From the NCBI GenBank assembly GCA_040222015.1, contig JAVJWO010000088.1, forward strand, positions 1 to 16,284: a stretch of 16,284 bases of DNA, written 5' to 3'. Positions 1 through 8,171 of this stretch are shown one piece after another (the stretch's first letter is position 1; each line of letters starts with the position of its first letter). The notes beneath the pieces are model-generated. The model searched no databases, was not told where the DNA came from, and saw only the letters and a list, made by a program, of their open reading frames with translations. A program made the position numbers and the translations under genes. The DNA comes from Coleofasciculus chthonoplastes F2-STO-03 (lineage in GTDB: Bacteria; Cyanobacteriota; Cyanobacteriia; Cyanobacteriales; Coleofasciculaceae).

Positions 1-10
1 GGGAGTAATG

Positions 11-141
11 TTTGTCCCTTAACCCGCCCCTACATTTTGTCCCTAAACCCGCCCCTACATTTTGTCCCTAAACCCGCCCCTACATTTTGTCCCTAAACCC
101 GCCCCTACATTTTGTCCCTAAACCCGCCCCTACATTTTGTC
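11..141. repeat. Tandem array of five 25-bp units (TTTGTCCCTAAACCCGCCCCTACAT) plus a partial sixth; each unit carries one REP-like arm (GTAGGGGCGGGTTT on the minus strand)
   Basis: Units at 11-35, 36-60, 61-85, 86-110 and 111-135, with one mismatch in the first; no spacers between units. Confidence 0.95.
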
Positions 142-2665
142 TCAATCTCTCCCGATAACTGAGGGATTGTGCAGCGGCAATTACGGCTTGTCCTAAGGAT
201 AGTCCTCCATCATTGGGTGGAACTCGGCTGTGTGTCAATACTGTCATCCCCATCCTCTCTAAATTTTCCCTAACTTGGGTCAATAAAATCCTGTTTTGAA
301 ACACACCTCCGGTGAGGATAACATGATTGCTGATTAGATCAGGACTTAACTGCTGAACCATCTTCGCGATCGCGTCGGCTAATCCTTGGTGAAATTTGGC
401 GGCAATGAGGGACTTTGACATAATAGTTTGCTGTAAATCGTCCAATAATGCAAGCCATAGGGGATAAGGGTCTAAAATTAATTCGGTTTCCTGATCTAGT
501 TTGCCAATAGTAAAGGGATATGCCCCGACTTCTTTAACATAATTTAAACTATCTGGGGTAACCAGGGTTTCCATTTCAATCGCAGCTTGCCCTTCATAGC
601 TACAGTCTGCCCGACAAATCCCCAACGCCGCCGCCACTGCATCAAATAATCGTCCAGCAGATGAGGCGAGGGGTGAGTTAATCCCTTTTTCCATAAGTTG
701 ATTCAGCAAGGGATGGGGTTTTTGATCTAGAAATTGAATCAGGTCTAAATTACCATATTCTTGTTTTAACCTGTTCCAGTTCAATGCTGCGATTAAATGG
801 GCGTAGGTATTGCGCCAAGGTTGATAAATTGCCTGTTCTCCGCCAATCATGGCGATGGGTTTAAATTTACCTAATCGTTTAAATCCCTGATAATCAGCTA
901 AGAGGAATTCTCCCCCCCAAATGGTGCTATCTTCACCATAGCCTAATCCATCTAAGGCGATTCCTAATATGGGGGGAGTATTGAGTGGGATACAATTTTC
1001 TGCCATACAAGCGGCTATATGGGCATGATGATGTTGGATAGACTGTAAGGGGAGATTATTAGCGGTAGCGAGTTCTTGTCCGAGTTTCGTCGATAGGTAT
1101 TCGGGATGTTTGTCTGTCGCGATCGCACTCGGTTTATGGTCAAATAAGTTTAGGTATAGATTTAGGGTATCCTGGTAAGCGTTAAAGGCGGCAGCATTCT
1201 CTAAGTCTCCTAAATGTTGAGATAAAATGGCTTGTCCGTCTCGCAATAAACAGACTGTATTTTTTAGTTCACTCCCCATCGCCAGAATCGGTGGACAAGG
1301 GTCAAATCCTGGGGGTAAAGGAATAGGTTTGGGGGCATATCCACGGGCGCGGCGTAGGGTTTGGATGTGGATATGTCTTGCCATAGTTCCTCTGTAGGGG
1401 CGGGTTTCACAATTATCGTTTTTTGTCACCCTGATGTGACTAAACCCGCCCCCATCAAAGTTTTGAAGTTGTCGTTTTGACTGGATAACTCGCACCACCG
1501 AATCATCGACACGATTGACAATATCACGGTTATGCAGTAATAAATAATCAGCAATTTTGCTTAATTTTAAACGAGCGTCTTGATTATCGATACATTGCGG
1601 TTCATCGGAGAGATTCCCACTGGTTAAAATAATCGGATAATCCAGCCGTTGCATGATTAGATGGTGTAAGGGAGTATAGGGTAGCATAAACCCCAACGTT
1701 GTTTGTCCCGGTGCGACTGAATCCGCAATTTTTGCTGTAGAGACGTGCCATGGCACGTCTCTACAATTGGCGCGGTTAGGGATAACATCAATTAAAACAA
1801 TAGGCGCAGGGGGACTTTGTAATAATTCCTTTTCCTGATCATTCAGAGTACAATACCGTTCAATCACCTCTAAATCTCGCGCCATCAACGCAAAGGGTTT
1901 ATGATACCGTTGCTTACGCGATCGCAACTGTTGTACTGTGGTTTCATTGGTGGCATCGCAGGCTAAATGAATCCCGCCTAATCCTTTAATCGCCACAATT
2001 TCCCCTTGTTTCAACAGGGTACAAACGGTATCAATAGGGTTAGCGGTCTCTATTTTTTCACCATTCGCCCGTTCTAACCATACCCTTGGACCACAAACTG
2101 GACAAGCAATGGGTTGGGCGTGGAAGCGGCGATTTTCGATATCGTGGTATTCCCTAGCGCAATCGGGACATAGTGCAAACGCTGCCATGCTAGTCTGCTT
2201 ACGGTCATAGGGAATCGAGCGAATAATAGAAAGGCGTGGACCACAATGGGTACAATTAGTAAACGGGTAATTGTACCAGCGCGATCGCGAATCAAAGGTT
2301 TCGGCTTGACAGTGAGGACAAGTGGCGGCGTCAGCAGGTATTTGAGTTTGAACCGTACTATTGACACTCTGGGTAATAGTAAAGTCATGGAATGTGCGAT
2401 CGCCTTGATAAAAAGTACGGTCAATCGATTCAATCTTGGCAAGGGGAGGGCAGTCTGTTTGTAAGCGTTGCACAAAATCTGCGATCGCGTCTGTTGTTCC
2501 TGATACGTAAATTAAGACACCTTGACCATCATTACAAACTTCTCCGACTAGATTACACGCCTTTGCCAAACGATACACCGTTGGGCGAAATCCCACACCT
2601 TGTACCGTACCGCGCACGCGAATTTCTTCTTGGCTGATTGGGGATGGATGATTGTTTATTCCCAT
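80..2665 (-). CDS. hypF: [NiFe]-hydrogenase maturation carbamoyltransferase HypF (~861 aa), with repeat-derived in-frame insertions and C-terminal extension
   Basis: Acylphosphatase motif VRGTVQGVGFRP; zinc fingers CPHC..CTHCGPR and CPDC..CPVCGP; YrdC-like KGLGGIHLACDA; Kae1-like QHHHAH, DGLGYG, SSAGRLFDAVAA, PPNDGGLSLGQ. Start placed at ATG 2665 (AGGGGAG upstream) rather than TTG 2728. Confidence 0.97.
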   Translation of the reverse strand: MGINNHPSPISQEEIRVRGTVQGVGFRPTVYRLAKACNLVGEVCNDGQGVLIYVSGTTDAIADFVQRLQTDCPPLAKIESIDRTFYQGDRTFHDFTITQSVNSTVQTQIPADAATCPHCQAETFDSRSRWYNYPFTNCTHCGPRLSIIRSIPYDRKQTSMAAFALCPDCAREYHDIENRRFHAQPIACPVCGPRVWLERANGEKIETANPIDTVCTLLKQGEIVAIKGLGGIHLACDATNETTVQQLRSRKQRYHKPFALMARDLEVIERYCTLNDQEKELLQSPPAPIVLIDVIPNRANCRDVPWHVSTAKIADSVAPGQTTLGFMLPYTPLHHLIMQRLDYPIILTSGNLSDEPQCIDNQDARLKLSKIADYLLLHNRDIVNRVDDSVVRVIQSKRQLQNFDGGGFSHIRVTKNDNCETRPYRGTMARHIHIQTLRRARGYAPKPIPLPPGFDPCPPILAMGSELKNTVCLLRDGQAILSQHLGDLENAAAFNAYQDTLNLYLNLFDHKPSAIATDKHPEYLSTKLGQELATANNLPLQSIQHHHAHIAACMAENCIPLNTPPILGIALDGLGYGEDSTIWGGEFLLADYQGFKRLGKFKPIAMIGGEQAIYQPWRNTYAHLIAALNWNRLKQEYGNLDLIQFLDQKPHPLLNQLMEKGINSPLASSAGRLFDAVAAALGICRADCSYEGQAAIEMETLVTPDSLNYVKEVGAYPFTIGKLDQETELILDPYPLWLALLDDLQQTIMSKSLIAAKFHQGLADAIAKMVQQLSPDLISNHVILTGGVFQNRILLTQVRENLERMGMTVLTHSRVPPNDGGLSLGQAVIAAAQSLSYRERLRQNVGAGLGTKCRGGFRDKM
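1394..1453 (+). repeat. ~60-bp REPIN/MITE-like element inside hypF (GTAGGGGCGGGTTT ... ACTAAACCCGCCCC)
   Basis: Inverted arms at 1394-1407 and 1442-1452; lies in a ~35-aa expansion between the HypF motifs DDSVVRV and LRRARGYAP. Confidence 0.85.
1736..1765. repeat. Perfect 30-bp GTAG-type REP palindrome inside hypF
   Basis: TGTAGAGACGTGCCA|TGGCACGTCTCTACA; translates to exactly 10 codons (CRDVPWHVST) in the hypF frame. Confidence 0.92.
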
Positions 2666-2784
2666 TAACTTTGCTCCCCTAACGTTTATTGGCGCAAGGA
2701 TGGTGCCCCTACCAGGGTAATGTATCAATTTCAGCTTGCCAAGTCAGCCGTGGTTTTATAGCACTAGACACATTGATTAGGACA

Positions 2785-2811
2785 AGAGACGTTCCGCCGG
2801 AACGTCTCTAC
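2785..2811. repeat. REP-like hairpin of the same family as 1736-1765; possible terminator or RNA-stabilising role downstream of the Uma2 gene
   Basis: AGAGACGTTCC-GCC-GGAACGTCTCT-AC, an 11-bp stem located 26 bp past the Uma2 stop. Confidence 0.85.
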
Positions 2812-2837
2812 CAAATGATATGTCCTTTAAAGCAAAT

Positions 2838-3416
2838 TCATCGTATTCTAAAACACTCGTTCACCGTAATCATACAATTAGGAAAAGCCAGGATATCAAT
2901 CGACTGTTTCCCTTTGAGAATTAACTGACGTTGGTAACCATCTAATTGAGGATCTCTAAAAACGTGGAGTTGCTGGGTTGTCACATTAAAAACCCAATAG
3001 TCAACAATACCCGCTGCCGCATAGAGATTGGCTTTACTTCCTAAATCTCGATTGATTGTGGTATCAGCAATTTCGACAATCAGGTAAACCTCCTCTGGGC
3101 GAGGATGATAGTCAGCATAAAAGTTAGCATTTGGATGGACAACAGCAATGTCAGGTTCTGGTTCTGAGTAGGTATCGAGCTGAATTGGATCTTGCAGTCG
3201 GACTAAGACTTGATCCCCCAGCAGCTTTTCCAAGCATTTTTCAAGACGTTTACAAAGTGCGCTATGGGCAGAAGTTTTGCGGATTTTCCGAATTATTTGT
3301 CCGGCGATGAGTTCAACTTTTTCATCCGCTGCTAAAATACCGACCTCTGCCATTCGATGGTAATCAGCCGTAGTAATCAGGCGAATATTGGTGAGTGGAA
3401 GGGGGGTTACGGTCAT
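2838..3416 (-). CDS. Uma2 family (DUF820) PD-(D/E)xK endonuclease-like protein
   Basis: TTADYHRMAEVGIL, VELIAGQI, SEPEPDIAVV, LIVEIADTT and KANLYAAAGIVDYWV are typical cyanobacterial Uma2 motifs. Confidence 0.92.
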   Translation of the reverse strand: MTVTPLPLTNIRLITTADYHRMAEVGILAADEKVELIAGQIIRKIRKTSAHSALCKRLEKCLEKLLGDQVLVRLQDPIQLDTYSEPEPDIAVVHPNANFYADYHPRPEEVYLIVEIADTTINRDLGSKANLYAAAGIVDYWVFNVTTQQLHVFRDPQLDGYQRQLILKGKQSIDILAFPNCMITVNECFRIR

Positions 3417-3482
3417 AGGTTGGATATCAGCTTAGAGCTTCATTTTATTATAAATTCTCAGTCATGAGTTAAAGTAGATTAA

Positions 3483-6400
3483 ATGACTGATCGATCCATG
3501 CCGTTCATGTTAACACTTCGCCTCACTCAACAGGTTGAAAACCCACCCGACTCTTACCGAGTAGATGTTGTTCTAGACGACAAAGTAACGAGTCAGAGTA
3601 CAACTATCTACTTTAAGTTAAACATCAACGAACAAGACCAAGAAAAAATTCGTTGGTATCTGGAAGATTTCCTCGAATACCCGCAAATCCCCGCGCCGAC
3701 AATTGCAGCAACTATTGAACAGCAAATGGTAGCCATTGGGGTGGAACTGTTCGAGAAACTATTTCAAGCCAACGACGACACCCGCCAAATTTGGTCACAA
3801 TTGCGCCACCGACTGAATCATACTCGTGTAGAAATTGTCACGGGTGTTACCGATGCGGCGGCTATTCCCTGGGAACTCATTCGTAATCCTGATCATAATT
3901 TGCCATTGGTGTTACAGACGGGGGCGTTTGTCCGCACGCACCCTAATCCCCAACAGCCTCCCCAGCTTCCCGAAACCGACAGCAGTAAAATGCGGATTCT
4001 GCTGGTAATTTGTCGCCCGCAAGGTGGCGATGATGTACCATTTCGGTCTGTAGCCACCCAGTTAATTCGGGGATTAACAGATAGCGCCCGTGAGATATTT
4101 CAACTCGATGTTTTGCGTCCCCCAACTTTTCAACGGTTGGAGGAAGTGCTGCGACAAGCCAAAGCCGAGGGAAAGCCTTATCATATTGTTCATTTTGATG
4201 GACATGGGGTGTATGAAGACCCCTATGCCAAGGATTCGGGAAAGCCAGCAAATCCGAAACGGATGCGGGGCTATTTATTATTTGAGAAACCTGACTATCA
4301 GAACAATCGAGAACCAGTACATGGCAAGCTAATTGGTCAATTGTTAGCCGAGACGGGAGTCTCGTTGTTAGTTCTCAATGCTTGTCGTTCGGCTTACACA
4401 GAAGCACCCACTCAACCGGGTAAAACTCTGGCAGATAACCAGACAAGTGCTTATGGTTCCCTCGCGCAGGAGGTGATGAAAGCGGGAGTAGTGGGTGTGG
4501 TGGCAATGCGCTACAAAGTCTATGTGGTTACGGCTGCTGAATTTGTGGCTAAACTGTATGCGGCGCTTGCCCAAGGTCAAACCCTCGGTGAAGCTGTCAC
4601 CCCAGGACGCCAGCAATTATACGACCAACCCCTGCGGGCAATTGCTTATGAGGCACAAACGCTACAAGATTGGTTAGTGCCAGTGGTATATGAGACTGTA
4701 CCCAATGCGATTCGATTAACCTCTCCCCCAGCCTCTCTCTTGCAAGGAGAGGGAAGTCTAGCTTATCTGAGTAGTAGGGGACTTGATGGGCAATTGCCCA
4801 AACACCCAGAAGCGGGTTTTTTAGGACGCGATGAAACACTGCTAGGGATTGACCGCGCTTTCGATACCCAATCTATCGTTTTGCTACACGCTTATGCAGG
4901 GAGTGGCAAAACCTCCACGGTGGCTGAGTTTGGGCGCTGGTATCTTTTGACTGGCGGTGTGAAGGGATTGGTTTTGTTCACCTCGTTTGAGCGGTATCTG
5001 CCTTTAGCGCGAGTGCTGGATAAGATGGGTCAGGTGTTTGAACGTCAGTTAGAAGCGCTGGGAGTTCACTGGCTAACATTGAATGATAAACAACGGCGGG
5101 ATCTCGCCCTGCAACTGTTGCAACAAGTGCCTGTACTGTGGATTTGGGATAATGTTGAGCCAGTCGCTGGCTTTCCTACGGGTACAGAGTCGGCGTGGAG
5201 TGGGGTTGAGCAACAAGAACTGGTAGATTTTTTACGAGAGGCGCAGCAAACAAAGGCGAAATTCTTGTTAACCTCCCGCCGGGATGAGCAAGGGTGGTTG
5301 GGTGATTTGCCGCACCGAATTACTATCCTACCAATGCCGATGCGGGAACGAGTGCAGTTAGCCAAGGCGGTGGCGGAGAAATACGGACATCAGCTAACGG
5401 AGGTGGAAGACTGGCGACCTTTGTTGCGATACAGTCACGGTAACCCGATGACTATTACTGTTGTGGTCGGTCAGGCGCTACGGAATGGGTTGAGAAGTAG
5501 AGAACAGATTGAAGATTTTGTCCTTCAGTTACGTTTTGGTGAGGCTGAAATTGATGATGATGAGCATGAAGGGCGATCAAAATCTTTGGCAGCGTCGTTG
5601 AGTTACGGTTTTAGGAATGCTTTCACTGAGGAGGAAAGGCAGCAGTTAGCTTTACTGTACTTCTTCCAAGGATTTGTGAATGTGGGAGCTTTGTGTCTAA
5701 TGGGTCTCCCTGAAGCAGAGTGGTGCGTGTCAACTGTGCGCGGCTTGACATTTGAGGCTGGTATAGCCTTACTAGATCGGGCTGCCGAAGTTGGTATGCT
5801 GATCAGGCTTGTTGAAAACTGCTACCGCATCCACCCAGTTCTACCATGGTACTTCAAGAAACTCTTCGACCAATACTATCTATCAGATGAGGGCAATAAT
5901 CCAACATTAGCTTCCCATGCTTACGTCGAAGCAATAGGTGTGTTGGCGAACTACTCCAACAATCAATATGATGGAGGCAATCGCGATCTCGTGATCCTTC
6001 TGAATCTTGAGGAAGCTAACCTACTATACGCTCGAAAGCTAGCACAAACCAATAGTTGGTGGCTGGCGCTGATGAAGACGGTGCAGGGTTTACGAACACT
6101 CTACGAACATACAGGTCGCCGATTAGAGTGGGCAAGGTTGGTGGAGGAGCTTGTTCCACACTTCGTTGAGCCATCTACTGACGGCTCACTGCCTGGACGT
6201 GAAGAAGAATGGGCAATCATTACTGAGTATCGCGTGGAACTTGCCCGCGAAGGTCAGCAGTGGGAAGAGGCAGAGCGACTGCATCGCGCTAGAATGGAAT
6301 GGGCGTGTCAACAGGCTTCTTCTGCTCTCGCTGCGCCTCCAGAGACGTTAAACAGTATAGATTGCAGGACTATTCGCACACTGAGCTGCTCGTTGCATGA

Positions 6401-7091
6401 ACTGGGGCAAATTCTGCGAGAACAAGGTAAATCTGATTGTGTTACCGCTTACGAAAAAGCACTCGCCTTATTAGAGCGAATCGGCGACAAAGCTGCTGCT
6501 GCCGTCTGCTCCCTCAATCTGGGTCATGCCTACACACAAATACCTGCTATCCGTAACCTACACAAAGCAGAGCAGTGGTATCAGCGCAGCCTAGAACTCC
6601 GCGATCAGCAGGATCGCTTGGGGTGTAGCAAGTGTTTCACTGAGTTGGGGAGAGTTGCCCACGAACGCTTTCAAGAAGCTCAAACCACCAGTCAGCCAGA
6701 GGAAAAATTGCGTCACCTTAATGAAGCCTTGCATTACTCCGCTCAGGCACTTAATCTGTTGCCCCAGAATGCCGTGAAGGATTTAGCGGTGGCGCATAAT
6801 CAAATCGGTAACATTTGCAGAAGTGCGGGCGACTTAAATCGTGCCTTTTGGAACTATCGGGAGACCATTCGTTACGAAGAAGCGCAGGGAAATCTCTACG
6901 GTGCTGCCAACAGCCGCTTCAATATTGCCCTTGTCTTAACGCAAGATAGCCGTTTTGATGAGGCATTGCTGTACGCCCAAGCAGCTCTTTGTAACTTTCA
7001 AATCTTCGGCGATAGGGCAGCAGCGGATATACAAGATACAAAGCAGTTGATTACGTTGATTGAACAGTCTCTGAAACCTAGAGGAGGTTAA
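3483..7091 (+). CDS. CHAT (caspase-like) protease + STAND/NB-ARC-like P-loop NTPase + TPR repeat protein, 1202 aa
   Basis: CHAT: IPWELI, HIVHFDGHG (His codon 4203-4205), LVLNACRSA (Cys codon 4383-4385), GVVAMRY, DWLVPVVY. STAND: GFLGRD, Walker A AGSGKTS, Walker B LWIWDNVE, sensor LLTSRR, GNP, YRIHP. C-terminal TPR-like helices: LHELGQIL, SLNLGHAY, AHNQIGNI, RFNIALVL. Confidence 0.92.
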   Translation: MTDRSMPFMLTLRLTQQVENPPDSYRVDVVLDDKVTSQSTTIYFKLNINEQDQEKIRWYLEDFLEYPQIPAPTIAATIEQQMVAIGVELFEKLFQANDDTRQIWSQLRHRLNHTRVEIVTGVTDAAAIPWELIRNPDHNLPLVLQTGAFVRTHPNPQQPPQLPETDSSKMRILLVICRPQGGDDVPFRSVATQLIRGLTDSAREIFQLDVLRPPTFQRLEEVLRQAKAEGKPYHIVHFDGHGVYEDPYAKDSGKPANPKRMRGYLLFEKPDYQNNREPVHGKLIGQLLAETGVSLLVLNACRSAYTEAPTQPGKTLADNQTSAYGSLAQEVMKAGVVGVVAMRYKVYVVTAAEFVAKLYAALAQGQTLGEAVTPGRQQLYDQPLRAIAYEAQTLQDWLVPVVYETVPNAIRLTSPPASLLQGEGSLAYLSSRGLDGQLPKHPEAGFLGRDETLLGIDRAFDTQSIVLLHAYAGSGKTSTVAEFGRWYLLTGGVKGLVLFTSFERYLPLARVLDKMGQVFERQLEALGVHWLTLNDKQRRDLALQLLQQVPVLWIWDNVEPVAGFPTGTESAWSGVEQQELVDFLREAQQTKAKFLLTSRRDEQGWLGDLPHRITILPMPMRERVQLAKAVAEKYGHQLTEVEDWRPLLRYSHGNPMTITVVVGQALRNGLRSREQIEDFVLQLRFGEAEIDDDEHEGRSKSLAASLSYGFRNAFTEEERQQLALLYFFQGFVNVGALCLMGLPEAEWCVSTVRGLTFEAGIALLDRAAEVGMLIRLVENCYRIHPVLPWYFKKLFDQYYLSDEGNNPTLASHAYVEAIGVLANYSNNQYDGGNRDLVILLNLEEANLLYARKLAQTNSWWLALMKTVQGLRTLYEHTGRRLEWARLVEELVPHFVEPSTDGSLPGREEEWAIITEYRVELAREGQQWEEAERLHRARMEWACQQASSALAAPPETLNSIDCRTIRTLSCSLHELGQILREQGKSDCVTAYEKALALLERIGDKAAAAVCSLNLGHAYTQIPAIRNLHKAEQWYQRSLELRDQQDRLGCSKCFTELGRVAHERFQEAQTTSQPEEKLRHLNEALHYSAQALNLLPQNAVKDLAVAHNQIGNICRSAGDLNRAFWNYRETIRYEEAQGNLYGAANSRFNIALVLTQDSRFDEALLYAQAALCNFQIFGDRAAADIQDTKQLITLIEQSLKPRGG
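4717..4756 (+). repeat. Cyanobacterial CCTCTCC...GGAGAGG hairpin repeat, in frame in the CHAT-STAND linker
   Basis: TAACCTCTCCCCCAG followed by CCTCTC-T-CTTGCAAG-GAGAGG (palindrome with one bulged base, 4732-4752); encodes TSPPASLLQGEGS. Confidence 0.6.
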
Positions 7092-7162
7092 GCGGATAGC
7101 GTTCTTATACCAAAGTATTATTACTCTATTACTTGACAATAAATGACAAAACAAGGTTAAAC

Positions 7163-8089
7163 ATGACTACAGACAATTGGTTCGACGACTTACTCACAAT
7201 TGGTGAACTACCACCGCAGGAAGCTGCTGCTAAATTACGGGAGGTAGGTGAGGATGAACTTGCCGATGCTCTAGAAGCTGCCCAATACAAAGTAACGGCA
7301 GATCCGACAAAGTTTGGTATTCTAGAAGATCTAAGGTTACGACCTCAACCCTGGTTGCACCCACATATTTTTGGATATTCAGTTCCTGAATTAAATAACG
7401 CAGAACTATCTATCCAATCAGCCAGCGATATTAATGCTGACCACACGCTACAGAATACCCCCATTCAAATCATACTCAAGCAGATGTATGTAGAAGCTTA
7501 TCCTGGTGGCGGAACGCACCAAATATTATTTAATTTTGAGGCGACTCATCAACTCAAGGATCATGTAGAATCGCTGAACTTTCCAACGACTCAGCGAGTC
7601 CGTGAGAAATCAGTAGCCAATATAAATCAACCGATTTTTACAGCACTGAATGTAGGCGTCCAAGGTGTGGCATTTCGTTGTGCCGCTGTTAACGTCAAGA
7701 ATGAAGAAGATGAACGTATACTTAAACGTCTAGAGTCTCCTTTATTTCAGCCAGGACTTACCTTATTTACAATGATTGCCAACCCAGCAATTGCCCTTTT
7801 CTCTGAGCTAGGTATTGCTTTCATCAACTCATTGGCTAATCACTACAAAAATTATACAGCTCAAAAGTTTGACCTGGGACTTGACTTTAGCAAAGACAGC
7901 AGCCGCGCACGCCTTGCCGAAGGTTACTATCTGGCTATACAAATTCCTGAATCTCTACAAACTAGCTGGGATTGGAACGACTGGGTATACAATCCAACTA
8001 ACGGTCAAATAGTCAGCCAATTCGACCCCACAGAGGTAATTCCCTACAACTACCTTGTATTCAGTGTCAGCCGCCACCAAGAAAATTAA
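7163..8089 (+). CDS. Uncharacterised protein (~308 aa), probably co-transcribed with the CHAT-STAND-TPR gene
   Basis: Long ORF starting 71 bp after the upstream stop; ATG 7163 preceded by AAGG; acidic helical N-terminus, beta-rich-looking body and a hydrophobic segment at 7754-7834. No family recognised. Confidence 0.85.
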   Translation: MTTDNWFDDLLTIGELPPQEAAAKLREVGEDELADALEAAQYKVTADPTKFGILEDLRLRPQPWLHPHIFGYSVPELNNAELSIQSASDINADHTLQNTPIQIILKQMYVEAYPGGGTHQILFNFEATHQLKDHVESLNFPTTQRVREKSVANINQPIFTALNVGVQGVAFRCAAVNVKNEEDERILKRLESPLFQPGLTLFTMIANPAIALFSELGIAFINSLANHYKNYTAQKFDLGLDFSKDSSRARLAEGYYLAIQIPESLQTSWDWNDWVYNPTNGQIVSQFDPTEVIPYNYLVFSVSRHQEN

Positions 8090-8171
8090 AGGGTAATAAT
8101 ACTGTCCAGTTACTGAGAAATAATTACGCGATCGCAATCAACTCTAACCTGACTAAATAGGACAAGAAATA

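Noticed and set aside
11..141. Possible CRISPR array
   Set aside because: The 25-bp units abut directly with no spacers, and no cas genes are present in the window.
80..2665. hypF as a pseudogene because of its insertions
   Set aside because: The frame is intact and the catalytic and zinc-finger motifs are all present.
2666..2728. N-terminal extension of HypF from TTG 2728
   Set aside because: ATG 2665 has a good AGGGGAG ribosome-binding site and lies closer to the start of the acylphosphatase domain.
2074..2928. Short ORFs 2074-2475, 2246-2464, 2392-2637 and 2689-2928
   Set aside because: They overlap hypF or Uma2 in alternative or antisense frames and have no recognisable motifs.
7163..8089. 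Calling the partner protein a bacterial gasdermin
   Set aside because: I see no N-terminal palmitoylation Cys or recognisable gasdermin pattern; only the genomic context is similar.
3943..8137. Short ORFs within or antisense to the CHAT-STAND-TPR gene and its partner
   Set aside because: Shadow frames of long, well-supported CDSs with no independent support.
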